Shown piece after piece: positions 43,289-54,714 of a DNA stretch of 64,000 nucleotides. The translations under genes were made by a program, and so were the position numbers. The stretch comes from Prasinococcaceae sp. CCMP 1430 (lineage: Eukaryota; Plantae; Prasinodermophyta). Below the pieces are notes generated by a model. That model had not been told where the DNA came from, did not search any database, and worked only from the letters and a program-made list of their open reading frames with translations. Where the stretch lies: NCBI GenBank assembly GCA_013416795.1, contig RQSC01000031.1, positions 147,173 through 211,172 of the forward strand, read 5' to 3'. Numbering within the stretch: position 1 is the first letter of the stretch; each line of letters starts with the position of its first letter.

Positions 43289-44825
43289 TCAGTACGGGCT
43301 GGGGTCGGTGGGCATCTCGTCGTCCTCGAGGAGCCTCTTGTTTCGCACGTCGATGCCAGCGTACATGAGCGCGTCGCACGCCCACTTCGGCGCGTCGCCC
43401 TTGGGGTACATGACGTCCATGTAATTGAGCACGTAGTCTCCGAAGGAGCCGTCCAGGATGGCCTCGTGCATCTCGCGCGTCAGGCGCTGCGTGTACGCGA
43501 TGTTGTGGATGGTGAGCAGCTGCGAGGCGATGGTCTCCTTGGTGGCGGTGGAGTGCAGGAAGGCGCGCGTGTAGTTCTTGCAGCACAGGCAGTCGCAGTC
43601 CTCGTCCACGGGCCTCTGGTCATTCTCGAACTCGGCCCGCTTGAGGTTGAGCAGGCCGCCCGGCACGAGCGCCGAGCCAAAGCGCGCCGTTCGCGTGGGG
43701 TACACGCAGTCGTACATGTCCGCGCCCAGCGCGGCGCACACCACCATGTCCAGCGGGTAGCCCACCCCCATCACGTACCGCGGCTTGTGCTCCGGCAGGC
43801 GCGACAGGCAGTGCTCCACCACCGTCCAGAACGACTGCTTGTCCTCGCCACCGGCGAGGCCGCCCACGGCGTATCCCGGCAGGTTCTCGTCGCGCGCGAT
43901 CAGCCCGTCCATGCTAATGTCGCGCAGCCGGCGGTTCAGCCCCCCCTGCACGATGCCGAAGAGCGCCTGCTCCTTCGGCCGCGCGTGCGCGGCGATGCAC
44001 CTGTCGATCCACCGCGTGGTGCGGTGTGTCGCCTCCTCGAAGCGTTCCTCCCCGGTGTGCACGCTGCTCACCACGTCGTCCAGCGCCATGATGATGTCCG
44101 CGCCGATGGCGTTCTGAATTCGGATGCTCTCCTCGGGCGTGAGCAGCTTGCGCTCGCCGTCCACGGGGCTCTGAAACGTCACGCCCTCCTCGGTCACGTC
44201 GGCGAGGTGCAGCAGGCTCACCATCTGGAAGCCGCCGCTGTCGGTGAGCATGCCGCGCTTCCAGTTCATGAAGTTGTGTAGGCCGCCGAACCTGCAAAGC
44301 GCGCGCAGGCCGGGCGTCATCGCGCAAGCGAGCGAGCGCGAGGGCAGCGTAGGGACAGCGCATCGTCAGCGCAACGTGCGGCCAAGGGCCCCCCAAGCGG
44401 AGGCGGCGGCGCCGCGCGCTCCTCTCCTCCGCATCAGCCAGGCCGGGTGGCCGCGCGCGCGAACGCACTCCGCCAGGAGCTCCGGCCCGGGCCTATTGCC
44501 CAGGTGGTACGTGTTGCCGAGGATGACCTGACAGTTGAGGTCCTCGAGCTGCTTGGAGCTGAGTGCCTTGACGGTCCCCTGCGTGCCCACGGGCATGAAC
44601 ATCGGCGTGCGGCACACATAGTGCGGAAGCACGAGCTCGGTCGCGCGCGCGCGCCGCCAGCGGCCGAGCACGCGCAGCACGGCGGCAGCGGCGGGCGCCG
44701 CGGAGCGCCCCAGGCGCGCCCCCCGCTGCGCCTCTGCCGCCCGCCCCGCCGATGTGCACGCAGGGCGCAGCCGCCGCTCCCCCCCCCCCAAGCCAGGCCA
44801 GGAGCAAGCGTGAGCGCGACTTCAT
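43289..44825 (-). CDS. QTRT1: Queuine tRNA-ribosyltransferase catalytic subunit (eukaryotic TGT)
   Basis: TPMFMPVGTQGTVK, ILGNTYHL, LTDSGGFQMVSL, FGIVQGG, GGLAGGE, RYVMGVG, DMYDCVYPTR, CDCLCC...HN. Intron 44468-44292. The ATG at 44825 needs a 1-nt correction in the C10 run near 44781-44790. Confidence 0.95.
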
Positions 44826-45379
44826 GGTTCGGGTTGAAGGAAATGGGTCATCTTCATAAACCCTGAATTTCGCGTGATCAAAACGCACGCGTGCTCGTGC
44901 CGAACGATTGTCCGCTTTTCCAAATGATTCCGATTGCACGCGTCCTCATATCACAAATCGCAGTATATCCCTCGAAATTCAGTCCATCCGTGATTCTTTG
45001 TGTGGATGATGCGGATGCACGATCCAATTGCGCCGAGCGGCGGCCGTCGCGTGCGATTTGATGGCTCGCGAGCGGCGAATTGACCGATGGCCCCGATGGC
45101 GATGGACCACACACACAGCGCGCGCGTGGCGCCGCTGTGCGCGCAGCCACCACCCTCCCCCCGCCCCCCCTTGCCTCCCCCCGCAAACCCGGTGGAGTGC
45201 GCCTTACCCCCCGCATCCCGCGGCGCGGCGCGGCGCGCGCGGCGCAGGGGGGGGGAGAGTGGGGCTCTCTCCCTGCGGCGCGCGCGCGCGCAGCAGGCGG
45301 CTCACGCGCGCACGCACACGCGCAAACACGCACACTCCCGCGGGTCGTGGCATCCAGGCAGGCTGGCCGCCTCTACGGC

Positions 45380-47200
45380 ATGGTCGCGGGGTCGGAGGCG
45401 GCGTCTGAGATGGACGGCGAGCGCGAGGTGCTGGAGGAGGTTGTGAAGGTGCGGGCATGCGGCGCGTGGTTCGCGGTGGGGGGGCGAGGCGCGCGCAGAG
45501 GGGGCCTGTGCTGATGCTCGAGGCGCGCGGACTGCATGCGTTGCGGCCCGCTCCTGCAGGAGCTCAACCAGAAACTGCGCTCGTTGCACTTGCGCGACGA
45601 CGCGCTCGAGGAGCGCTTGGCGACTCTGGAGGCGGAGCTGAAGGCCGAGCGCGCGACGAGTACGAGGCTGCGCAGCGCGCTGGAGGCTGCTGGCGGGGGA
45701 GACGCTGCCGCCACAAGCGGCAGCGGTGGCGCCGAGCTCAGGGCGCCCGCACTGCTCGGTGCAGAGTGCCACCGGGGAGCACGATTCAGTGCTGCGGTCA
45801 TCGGCGTGCCTGCGGACTCGCCTGCAATCGAGCTCGGCCTCCTCGCCGCGCGAATCACCCCGGAGAACTTCGTCGGCCTGCGCGCCGTCCCCGAGCTGCC
45901 GCCTCAGCCTGCATCCCAGAGCAACTCGAACGCTGGCGCTGGGGCCAGCGCGCACGCGCGCGACTTCGCCTCCAGCAGCTTGGGCAAGGCGCTTCACCGC
46001 AGGTTGCCGTCGGGCGAGCTCGACCTCTTCGGCGGTGGGAGGGGCGGCGCGCAGTTCGTCGCGAGCGCCAGTGGCGGAATTGATCTCTCGCAGGGTGTCC
46101 CGCCCGGTGCAGCCGCGTTCGAAATCATGTGGAAGGACATGCTGGACGGCAGCACCTCGGCGGCGACGCCAACGCTGCAGCGCGCGACTATCGTTGCTAA
46201 CGCCGTGCTCGGTGCCGCCGTGCGGGCGAGAGTCAATGCGTGGTCAGAGGAGGCACTCGACAGGCTCACCGGATCGATTGGGGGGGGTGACGCTTTGGGA
46301 GCGGGTTTGGGAGCGGGTGGGAGCTCCAGCGCCGCGGCGGCTGCCGCCGTCTCGTCGCAGCAGCCGGGGTCGGCTGCTGGTGCCGACGCCGACGAGTGGG
46401 TCGACGTCGCCGACTCGAGCGGCGGACGGCAGTCGCAGCCACTGGCGCGTGCGGATGCCGTGGCTGCTGATGGCAGATCACCGGTCGACCCGCCTGACGA
46501 GGTCTGCGGGGTGCACGCCGACAAAAATGGCACGGCGCACGAGCGCGCGGGATCGCTCGAGCAGCCGCCGCCCCGTCAGATAGAGCGCGCGAACAGCCTG
46601 CTTGGCTCCACGGCAAGGCCGCTCGTGGCTGACCCGGGCCTCCCTGCCCCGAAGGGCGTCGAGTCGTCAGTGATTCTGTCGAAGTCCCACGCGGCCGCCC
46701 TGCGCGCGGCATTGCCGCCCGTGCTGCGGCTGTGCGAGGGGTGGACGCTGCTGTACTCGACCAAGCAACATGGCATCAGCCTGCAGACGCTGCTGCGTCG
46801 CAACACCGACAGCGGGGTGGGGTGCGGAAATAACACCGGCAAGGGCGCGGCGCTCACGGTGGTGCGCGATGCTGGCGGGGCGGCGTTCGGCTGCTTCACC
46901 TCGGAGCGGTGGCGCACAAACCAGCAGAGGTACTACGGCGACGGGCAGTCTTTCGTCTTCACGTTGCTGCCGCACCCCGTGGCCCACTTCTGGACGCGGC
47001 GAAACAACTACTTCCAACTGGCGGACGCGGAGTCGGTAGCGTGTGGGGGGGGCGGTGGCTGGGCGCTCTGGCTCGACGGCGAGCTCAGCCATGGCAACAG
47101 CGGCTATTGCGACACGTTCGGCAACGGGTGCCTGGCCTCAGCCGAGAGCTTCGAGATCGCGCACGTTGAGGTCTACGGCTTCGACGACTCGCTTTGCTAA
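45380..47200 (+). CDS. TLDc-domain (OXR1/NCOA7-like) protein with N-terminal coiled coil
   Basis: WTLLYSTKQHGISLQTL, VVRDAGGAAFG, YYGDGQSFVF, GGGGGWALWLDGEL..G.S..CDTFGN..L. Exons 45380-45448 and 45560-47200. Confidence 0.9.
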
Positions 47201-47355
47201 TATCTGAAGTTGTATGCGCGGCGTGCACCGGCCCGCGTGCGCCCTCGCACGTGCGCGCAAGAGCGTCCGCGCTCCAGAGGTGGGATTCGTGGAGGGAGAG
47301 TGGGGCATGCGTCCCTGAGGCGACAGCCACGGGGCATGCGAACCCAAGCTCTTGC

Positions 47356-48214
47356 TTACAACCGTCCGCGCTTGACGAGCAGCTCGTAGTGGTTAGACCC
47401 GTTGTACAGGAGCTTGACCGTCGCTTTCTTGGCCGCGTACGAGGTCCCGTACTCCTGGATAGGCCTGAAGCCTTCCCCGAGCTTGTTGCTCTTCATGTAC
47501 ACCGTGATGGGCTGCTTGAGCATGCGCGAAATGACGAGCAGCTCAGCCTCGCCTCCCCAGAACGTGTTCTGCACAACGCGCTGGCAGTAGTTCGGCAGCG
47601 TGTCCTGCGTTGGCAACGTGCAGTGAGAAGGGTGGCCGGCGAGACAAGCAGAGGCGAACCCAATGGCCAGTGACGGCGGGATCGGTCAGTGGCGATGGCG
47701 AGCGAGCGGAGCGCGTGTGGTGGCAGGGAGAGGCGTGCGGCACCAGACCCAGGCGCACCAGCGAGTCTCACTGTGGAGAGCGGCTCACCTCTGACTTGAT
47801 GGCCATGAGCGCCTCCGGGTATTTCTCGCGGCGCTCGGCGCTCGCGCAGATCGTCTCGGCCACAGCCATGCGCAGCAGGTCGGCCTGCTTCTCCTCGTCG
47901 CTGCTGAAGAGCTTCTTGCCCTTGACTAGCGCGAGGCCCTGCACGATAGCCCGAAACATGCAGCGCCCATCGCCCTTGATGGAGACGATTCGCAGCGTCT
48001 CGCGCTTCGCTTTTGCCGGCACCGCCTCCGTCGCCTCCTCCGCCCTTGCGATCGCCGCGAGCGCCGCGCCGCGCGGCGCCGAGCGCCGCACGGCGCCCGA
48101 GGCTGTCGCCCGGCGGCGCGACGGCCGCCCGCGGCGTCGCCGCCATTGCTGCTGCCTCGCCCATCTCGCGCTCCGCGCCGAGCCCCCCTCCGCTTGGTCC
48201 CGGACGTCCGCGCC
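47356..48214 (-). CDS. OTU-domain deubiquitinase (plant OTU3-like)
   Basis: IKGDGRCMFRA (catalytic D/C), WGGEAELL, LLYNGSNHYELL (catalytic H). Intron 47788-47605. The start codon is not resolved. Confidence 0.9.
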
Positions 48215-48990
48215 CTATCGACCCCGCACCGCCAAGCGACCTGAGACGCCGAGGCGACTTGCGACCGCGGTGTGACGCGCCCCCACTGTCGCCTGACCCT
48301 CCCTTCACCCCCCCACCCCACCCCACCCCCCTCGTGGGAGTGTGTGTGTTGGGCTACGAGGCCCAGCGCGCGCGCTCGCGGGGTTTTGTTCCAGATCGCG
48401 CGGTGGCCAGGCAGGAGAGCGCGCCGCCGACCGCAGCCGATCCCCAGATGTTCGAAAGAGCATCCGAAAACCGGGCTTGGTGCATTGGATGAATCCGCGG
48501 CTGACCCGGGGAAGACCGCGCCCCACCAGATCTACCACCATGATGGTACCGAGCTCACCCCCCATCCGCGCGTGCGGAACGAACCTAAAGTCGCGCGCCC
48601 GCCCACCACGCGCGCAGCGAAGCCCACTGACGATGACGTCATATTTCCCGACGGGCGATCACGCTGGTGCTGAAGAATAGACCTGCTCCGTGCTCACGAT
48701 CGACGCGTGGAATCCCGGAATCCGAACGCCACGATGCGCACCGACAAAAAAGGGCACATCACATGACACGTGTGAGATGTGCGTGTGCGCGTAAATACAA
48801 ACCGGGGGGGGGGGAGAGCAGTCGGGGCGGAACATGTAAGGGCAGGCGGTTACGCGCGCGCGCGCGCGCGCTCTCGCTTCACATCGCGGCGGGAGTGCGC
48901 GCTGGGTGGGCGCTGGGCGTGCGCGAGGCACAGCTGCGGCAAGCGTTCGCCCCAGTTTCGCGCGGCGGGCGCACCGTGGGTGGCGGCGGC

Positions 48991-51474
48991 ATGGGCACGT
49001 CGGGCGCGTCGAGCGGCTCGGGAGGCTCGCGCCGCAGCCGCAAGCCCCGCAAGTCAGCCGCGGCCGACAGCAAGGGCGTCGCGAAGCCCGTGCGCGTGCA
49101 CATTCCGAAGAGCGCGCATGGCTTTCGCTTCCACGCGGAGGAGCTGGCGGTCCTTGAGGCCTCCTTCCAGTCCAACGAGGGCGCGACGCCGCTGCGCGCG
49201 CACTGCTTGGCCATGGTTGCGGGCTTCAACAATGCCGAGCCCAGGCACTCGTCCAAGGTATTCATCGACTGGAAGCAGATAAAGAATTGGTTCGAGAACC
49301 GCAGGCAGAAGGCCAAACGCGAGAGGCGCAAGCGCGAGGAGCAGGCTCGCGCGGCGGGCGGCGGGGATGCGTCGGGCGTCCCGAGCGGTGACCAGGAGGC
49401 CGAGGGCTGGATGATGAACGCGCTCATGGAGCTTGTGCCGACCCCCCCGTCGACGTTCACGTCCTTCGGAACGGCCACCACCAACGGCCCGGGCTCAGTC
49501 GCGAGCGGCGCCGTCGCAGGCGCACTTGCAGGTGGCGGAGGAAGCGTCACAGGAGCGCCGCCGCCCATGCTGAGCGCCACGCGAATGGCGCGCTCCATGC
49601 GCCGTGAGGCCCTGCGCGACTACGACACCGCCTGGGAGCGATTGGAGCGCGCCGCGGGCGAACTGCAACACCAGGAGAGCCTCGGAGTCTCAGCTGGGTC
49701 GGGCGAGAGCTCCGGGGGGGCTGGCCTGTTTCGGCTGGGATCGTTGCACTCAAATAGTAGCAACGGGGCCAGGCAGACGGGCTCGCCTTCGCTGGCGCAC
49801 GACGCTGATTTGCCCCTGCCTCCGTCGACGCTGGCCATGGCGCCGCCCAAGCTTGGCAACCTCGATCTGCCGAGCTTCGGCATGACCGCAGGTCTCAGCA
49901 CGCTTGGGTCGGGAGCCTTCACGCTCGGCGGGGGAAGCGGGGGAAGTGGCATTTCGGGGGGACTGGATGCGAGCGCCGCGGAAGCGGCTGTGGCGGCGGC
50001 GGCTGCCGCCGCGGTCGCTGCGGCGGCGGTCGATGCAGACGCCGTGGGCGCTGAGCTTGGTGGCGTGCTGCCTCCCAAGCTTGCTACGCTTAACATACCC
50101 TCCCTCACAGCTGACGAGACGGTCACGGCCGCTGTCAACAACGCTGTGGCTGCTCTGAACCGGGACGGTGGCGGCGGCAGCGACAACCCCTCCCATGCGC
50201 TCGCGTCGCCTCCCACTTTGCTGGGGATGGGGCGCAGGAGTTTGTCGCTGCCCAAGCAAGGCAACGAGGCGGACGTGTCGGGCAACGGGCGGACGCAGTT
50301 GCCCAGCGGTGTTCTTCTCATGGGCGACGCGCGACGGCAAGGGACCGGAGACGCCGGGACGAGAATTCTGATGCCGCCCGAGCCGGCTGTCAAGACCATG
50401 GGCAAGGGCATGCACGTGTCGTTTGCAGGGATGCTCCCTCCATCGGATGGTGTGGGCCTGTCGAAAAAGCTGGCGAGCGAGGTCGAGGCTTGGCGGAAAG
50501 AGCGCGCACCCCTGCTCGACGCCATGTCCGCTCTGTCGCAACGCCCCGAGCACAATCCGGCCACAACAGAGGAGCTTACGTCGCTTCTCGAGCTCTCGCG
50601 CGCGCAGATGGTGCGGCTATACGGTCTCAAAGAGCGCATCGCACGGGAGGAGGCCGCGGGCGTGGCCTCAGGCGGTGGCGATCGCGACGGGCGTGGCCTC
50701 ACCAAGGGTGAACGCATCAAGGAAGCAGATATATGGCAGGCGGGCTCGTCGGGCTTGCTGTTCATCGGCGACCTCATGGCCGACGAGCTCTTCCTTGAGA
50801 TACAGAGCGTCGTCGGACCTGAGCTGGGGGAGGCGCACCGCGAGCGAATAGCCAAGTTGCAGCGTATAGCGGTCGCCGGCGAGCGAGCTCTCAACGATGG
50901 GCTGAAGGCGCTCCACATGGCTGTGATCAATATCTTCGATCGGCCAGATGGGGACCTGCACTCGACCGCGGCGGACCTCGCCCAACGCCAGGCAACCACC
51001 GAGGCAGCGAGCGTCGCGCAGACGGTGGTAGACCTGGATGACGCTGAGTTCAAGGAGCTTCAGGCGCAGGTGTCGGAGCGCGGTGGGCTGGAGCTGCTCG
51101 TTCGCGCGGCCAACACGCTGCGCCTGCGTGTGGTCGACCAGCTGATGGCACTACTGACGCCGCTGCAGGCAATCAAGGTGGAGCTGGCGTGCGCCGACGT
51201 GGGCAACGTGCAGAGGGTCATCTCTGCCATCGTGCAGGCGAGGCTCCACCCTTCGACGCTCTCTCCGAAAGACACACAGATGCTCTCGGCGTGCCTGCGC
51301 CTGGACTCCACGCGCCCTACCAATGAGCGCACGCTCAAGACTTCGACCATCGTGAAGTTTGGCTGGGGCAAGACTGGTTCCGGGCTTAGCCGTCTGGCAC
51401 TGGCGGCACAGGCGGCGGTTGAGGCATTGCATGCGAACAATCCAGACAATCCGAACAGATATTTGAATAGCTAG
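48991..51474 (+). CDS. Homeodomain (SHH/SAWADEE-HD type) + DOG1/TGA-C-like domain protein, 827 aa, intronless
   Basis: The homeodomain spans about 49108-49330 (FRF..EEL..LEA.F...KVFIDWKQIKNWFENRR). The C-terminal helical region at about 50470-51243 carries the TGA/DOG1 pattern (LLFIGDL; ERALNDGLKAL; LELLVRAANTLRLRVVDQLMALLTPLQA). Confidence 0.85.
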   Translation: MGTSGASSGSGGSRRSRKPRKSAAADSKGVAKPVRVHIPKSAHGFRFHAEELAVLEASFQSNEGATPLRAHCLAMVAGFNNAEPRHSSKVFIDWKQIKNWFENRRQKAKRERRKREEQARAAGGGDASGVPSGDQEAEGWMMNALMELVPTPPSTFTSFGTATTNGPGSVASGAVAGALAGGGGSVTGAPPPMLSATRMARSMRREALRDYDTAWERLERAAGELQHQESLGVSAGSGESSGGAGLFRLGSLHSNSSNGARQTGSPSLAHDADLPLPPSTLAMAPPKLGNLDLPSFGMTAGLSTLGSGAFTLGGGSGGSGISGGLDASAAEAAVAAAAAAAVAAAAVDADAVGAELGGVLPPKLATLNIPSLTADETVTAAVNNAVAALNRDGGGGSDNPSHALASPPTLLGMGRRSLSLPKQGNEADVSGNGRTQLPSGVLLMGDARRQGTGDAGTRILMPPEPAVKTMGKGMHVSFAGMLPPSDGVGLSKKLASEVEAWRKERAPLLDAMSALSQRPEHNPATTEELTSLLELSRAQMVRLYGLKERIAREEAAGVASGGGDRDGRGLTKGERIKEADIWQAGSSGLLFIGDLMADELFLEIQSVVGPELGEAHRERIAKLQRIAVAGERALNDGLKALHMAVINIFDRPDGDLHSTAADLAQRQATTEAASVAQTVVDLDDAEFKELQAQVSERGGLELLVRAANTLRLRVVDQLMALLTPLQAIKVELACADVGNVQRVISAIVQARLHPSTLSPKDTQMLSACLRLDSTRPTNERTLKTSTIVKFGWGKTGSGLSRLALAAQAAVEALHANNPDNPNRYLNS

Positions 51475-51566
51475 CGCTCACACGGCATTTAGACTCTATA
51501 ATCTCACTTCGCTTATCGCCTGTAGTGTTGAGTGCCGCAACACTGCGCGCTGAGGCCTTGGGGCTG

Positions 51567-52463
51567 TCATGTGCGCTCGTATACGTACACGTGCTCCTCG
51601 CGCTTCATTTCGTCGGGCGTGAGCTCGAGCTCATCGCCGGGAAAGTGCTCGGTGCGCGCGTAACGATCGACGTGCGACAGACGCAAGCCCACCTCGCCAA
51701 CACGCGAAATGTCGCGGCTGACAGTGCGCTCAAATGTGGCAAAAAAGGCGTCGTCGTGCGCGAGGATGTCCGTGGAACCGGCCGGCGCAAAGCTGCTTCC
51801 CTCTGGGTCGGGCGACCGCAGCACAATGCACATCACGCCGTCGCTGTTGCGCAAAGCCAGTTCGGCGAGCGACCAGGCGCCCGTGTCCCGTGAGGCTGTC
51901 AGCTTCTTCATCGCCATCAAAATCTACAACGACGCTCTCCTAAATTCCGATAGGAAGTAGTCCTGTGTGAGGTCATCAATTTCTATTTGCCACGCTAGAG
52001 CGATCCTTTGCACGTCGCCCGCGCGCTGAGTTAGTTCGACTCACCTCAGCAAATGGCTTGCGATGCTGACGAGGCGGTCCGTGCCTGGGCTCAGGCTGGC
52101 GCCGCTTCGCGACTCGGCACTCGAAGCTTCGCTGCCCTGCTCGGTGCCGCGGCAGCTCCCGTCCATAAATGGAACGAGGGCCTCGGGACACGCCACCAGC
52201 GCAAAGTCGTACTTCCTTCCTCCGACTTGACGTCCGAGATACTCGCGGTCGTAGTCGCGCGCTGGGCGCACGTCCGCGTGGAAGACGCTGCCGAAGTACG
52301 GGTGCTCCTCGCCGGTGACGGCGGACCCCGTGGTAGGGATCACTACAGCACTCTGGGAGCCGTCGGTGAGCCCCGCTTCCACGAGTGCCTTTGCTACTGC
52401 GTGCACGAGCTCGACGTCACACACTGCCAGGACGCGCGGTGCCGCCTCGGCGACTCGCTTCAT
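51567..52463 (-). CDS. Hypothetical protein with degenerate class-I methyltransferase-like (Rossmann) pattern
   Basis: Exons 52463-52045 and 51843-51567 join in phase (CTGAG|GTGAGT...CAACAG|C) to give KYDFALVAC...LVSIASHLLSDGVMCIVLR. No GxGxG motif. Confidence 0.5.
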
Positions 52464-53188
52464 TTTTATGAAGGGCAGTAAGGAGTGCACCCCCAAAGTG
52501 GCGGAGTTGGCCGCTGGATGGAGTCGGCGCGCGGTCTCATTGCTGCGCGCCGCTATCCGGCGTGGTGCCCCAAGCCTTTTCCGCGCCACGTTGAAATACG
52601 CGCTGCCCTGCTCTCGCGGGCGCCAGGCGGAGGCGGTGACGACCGGCAGCACCTGTGCCACCCTCATGTGTGCGGAGTGATGAGTCGCTGTGACTGGGGC
52701 TACTGGCGGCCACCGTCGCCAACGCGACAGTTCGCAGGCGGCTGCTGACGCCGTGCCGCGCGCCGCGCGCGCGCGATGTGCCGCCACCGCTCGGGTCCAG
52801 ACAGCTAGCAATGGCCCGCAGCGCATCGGCGATGACTGGAAAAAAAAGAAAAAAAAAGATGATTCTCTTTCGCTTTTATTTTTCCATGGATGCGAACGAT
52901 TCCGATGCCGCATCACACTGCGCGCGGCCCGCAGCGCGCAGCAGGGCAGGCAGTCGACGGCGAGGTGGGGGTGGGGGTGGGGGGGCAGACCTCCGCTGCG
53001 CAAGTAAATCTCCACGCGCAGCACGGCCGGCTGCGCGCGAGCTAGGGCCTGTTGGCCCTCCCGCCTGCTGGTGCTTGTGCAAGGCACCAGCGGCAGTGAC
53101 GGCTGGTCGGCATCGCGTTGCAGCGGCGTCACCGTACCCAACACCCCCTCCCATTCACGAGCGCGCATTTTCGTGGTTCGACTCGACG

Positions 53189-54361
53189 ATGGAGCGCCAA
53201 GGGGCAGTCTTCAAGGTACTGGCGCGCGCCGGGCCGCTTCGCTGCGCTCGACAAGCGCGCTGGCCCTCAGACGGGCATCTCGTCTTGCTGGACGCTGCGG
53301 TAGATGTGCGCGCGATTTACAGGCATCGCGTTCACAGCTATCGGTGTTCTAACCGGTGCCCATCGCATACATCGCGCGCGGCGCGCAGCTCCTCCTCATT
53401 GGTGACTCGGGCGTCGGTAAAAGCTGCTTGCTGCTTCGCTTCAGTGACGGCACCTACACCGAACAGCACCTCAGCACCATTGGGATGGATTTCAAGATCA
53501 AGCCAGTGCAGTTCGGAGGTACGTACAACACGCGCGTGAGAGAGCGTGCATTAGCGACTGCCGGCCGGGACGCGCCTGCGCAAACGCACATCAAGGTCGT
53601 AGCCGCACTGTGCCAGCGCACGTCACGTCGCGTCCGGTTGCATCGCCCCCTCAACATCGCGCCGCCTGTGCTGACAAAGCCTGGCCGTTTGCGCGCAATC
53701 GCTCTTTCACAGACACAAACGTGCGGCTGCAGATATGGGATACAGCGGGGCAAGAACGCTTTCGTACCATCACAAGTAGTTACTACCGCGGCGCGCACGG
53801 CATCATCGTCGTGTACTCGGTTGCCGATCGAACTTCTTTCGACAACGTCTCCAAGTGGCTGAACGACATCGAAAAGTTCGCCTCACCGGGAGTTACCAAA
53901 TTGCTCGTCGGCAACAAGTGTGACCTTGTCAGCACTAGGGTGGTATCGCAGGCGGAGGGGCGCGCGTTGGCGGACTCGCTCGGGATGCCGTTCATCGAGA
54001 CCAGCGCGAAGGACTTGTGCGTGCGCTCGCCACGGCTTTCCAACGCCCCCTTCTATCGAGCACTCTCTAGTCTGCCGTCCGCTACGAGTGCGCGCGTAGT
54101 ATCGTCGCAATCCCATTCATTCCCCGTCTCGTGCTTGCCACGTGCGCTGACCTGACGCATGCACACACACTGCTGCGCGGGTGCAGCGTCAACGTGGAGA
54201 GTGCGTTTCTCACGATGGCAAAGGATGTCGTGGATCGCGTGCAGAAGAGCACGCAGCAGTACGGCGGGTACCAGCCAGGCGGCACGGTGGATTTCGGCTA
54301 CGGCGAGAACAGCTACGCGACCTTCAAGAAGCGCAAGAAGAAGTACGCGTGCTGCAGCTAG
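53189..54361 (+). CDS. Rab GTPase, divergent Rab1/RabD-like
   Basis: [45 protein letters not shown]-terminal CCS. Exons 53189-53215, 53389-53518, 53713-54016 and 54187-54361. Confidence 0.92.
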
Positions 54362-54504
54362 ATAGGGAAGCAGTCGCCCTACGTCTCCACCGACCGAAGG
54401 AGTGCATCAGCGGCCACGCCACCGCACCCATAACACAGAGTCATTTACCCGTTGCATCGCTGCAGTCACATCGATGCCTCTCCGTGCCCGCGGATCGGCC
54501 GTCC

Positions 54505-54524
54505 GAACCCTAACCCTAACCCTG
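54505..54524 (+). promoter_or_regulatory. Interstitial telomere-like motif (AACCCT)x3, candidate telo-box
   Basis: GAACCCTAACCCTAACCCTG lies about 190 bp upstream of the ATG at 54715. Confidence 0.55.
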
Positions 54525-54714
54525 TGTCAAGATTTCGCCCGGGCTTGCAATCCTGAACCCGAATCCGTAGTCCGCCTGCGGCCCCGGCGGCAGCCGCCGC
54601 CGCGGGGTGCCACAAGCGCCCCCCCCCGCCCCCTCCACCCCCCCCCCTCCCTCCCGCCACCCGGCACGCTCGCCTCGGTTGCATGGGCGGGTTGTGGCGG
54701 GAGGGGCCGGTGCG

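Noticed and set aside
44781-44790. Frameshifts at the 5' ends of QTRT1, MEMO1 and the 21688 gene as programmed recoding
   Set aside because: They sit in homopolymer or GC-dinucleotide runs of a gap-rich assembly; sequencing indels are far more likely.
51924-52043. Apparent double stop-codon read-through joining ORFs 52041-53168 and 51567-51920
   Set aside because: A canonical GT-AG intron (52044-51844) removes both stops in phase.
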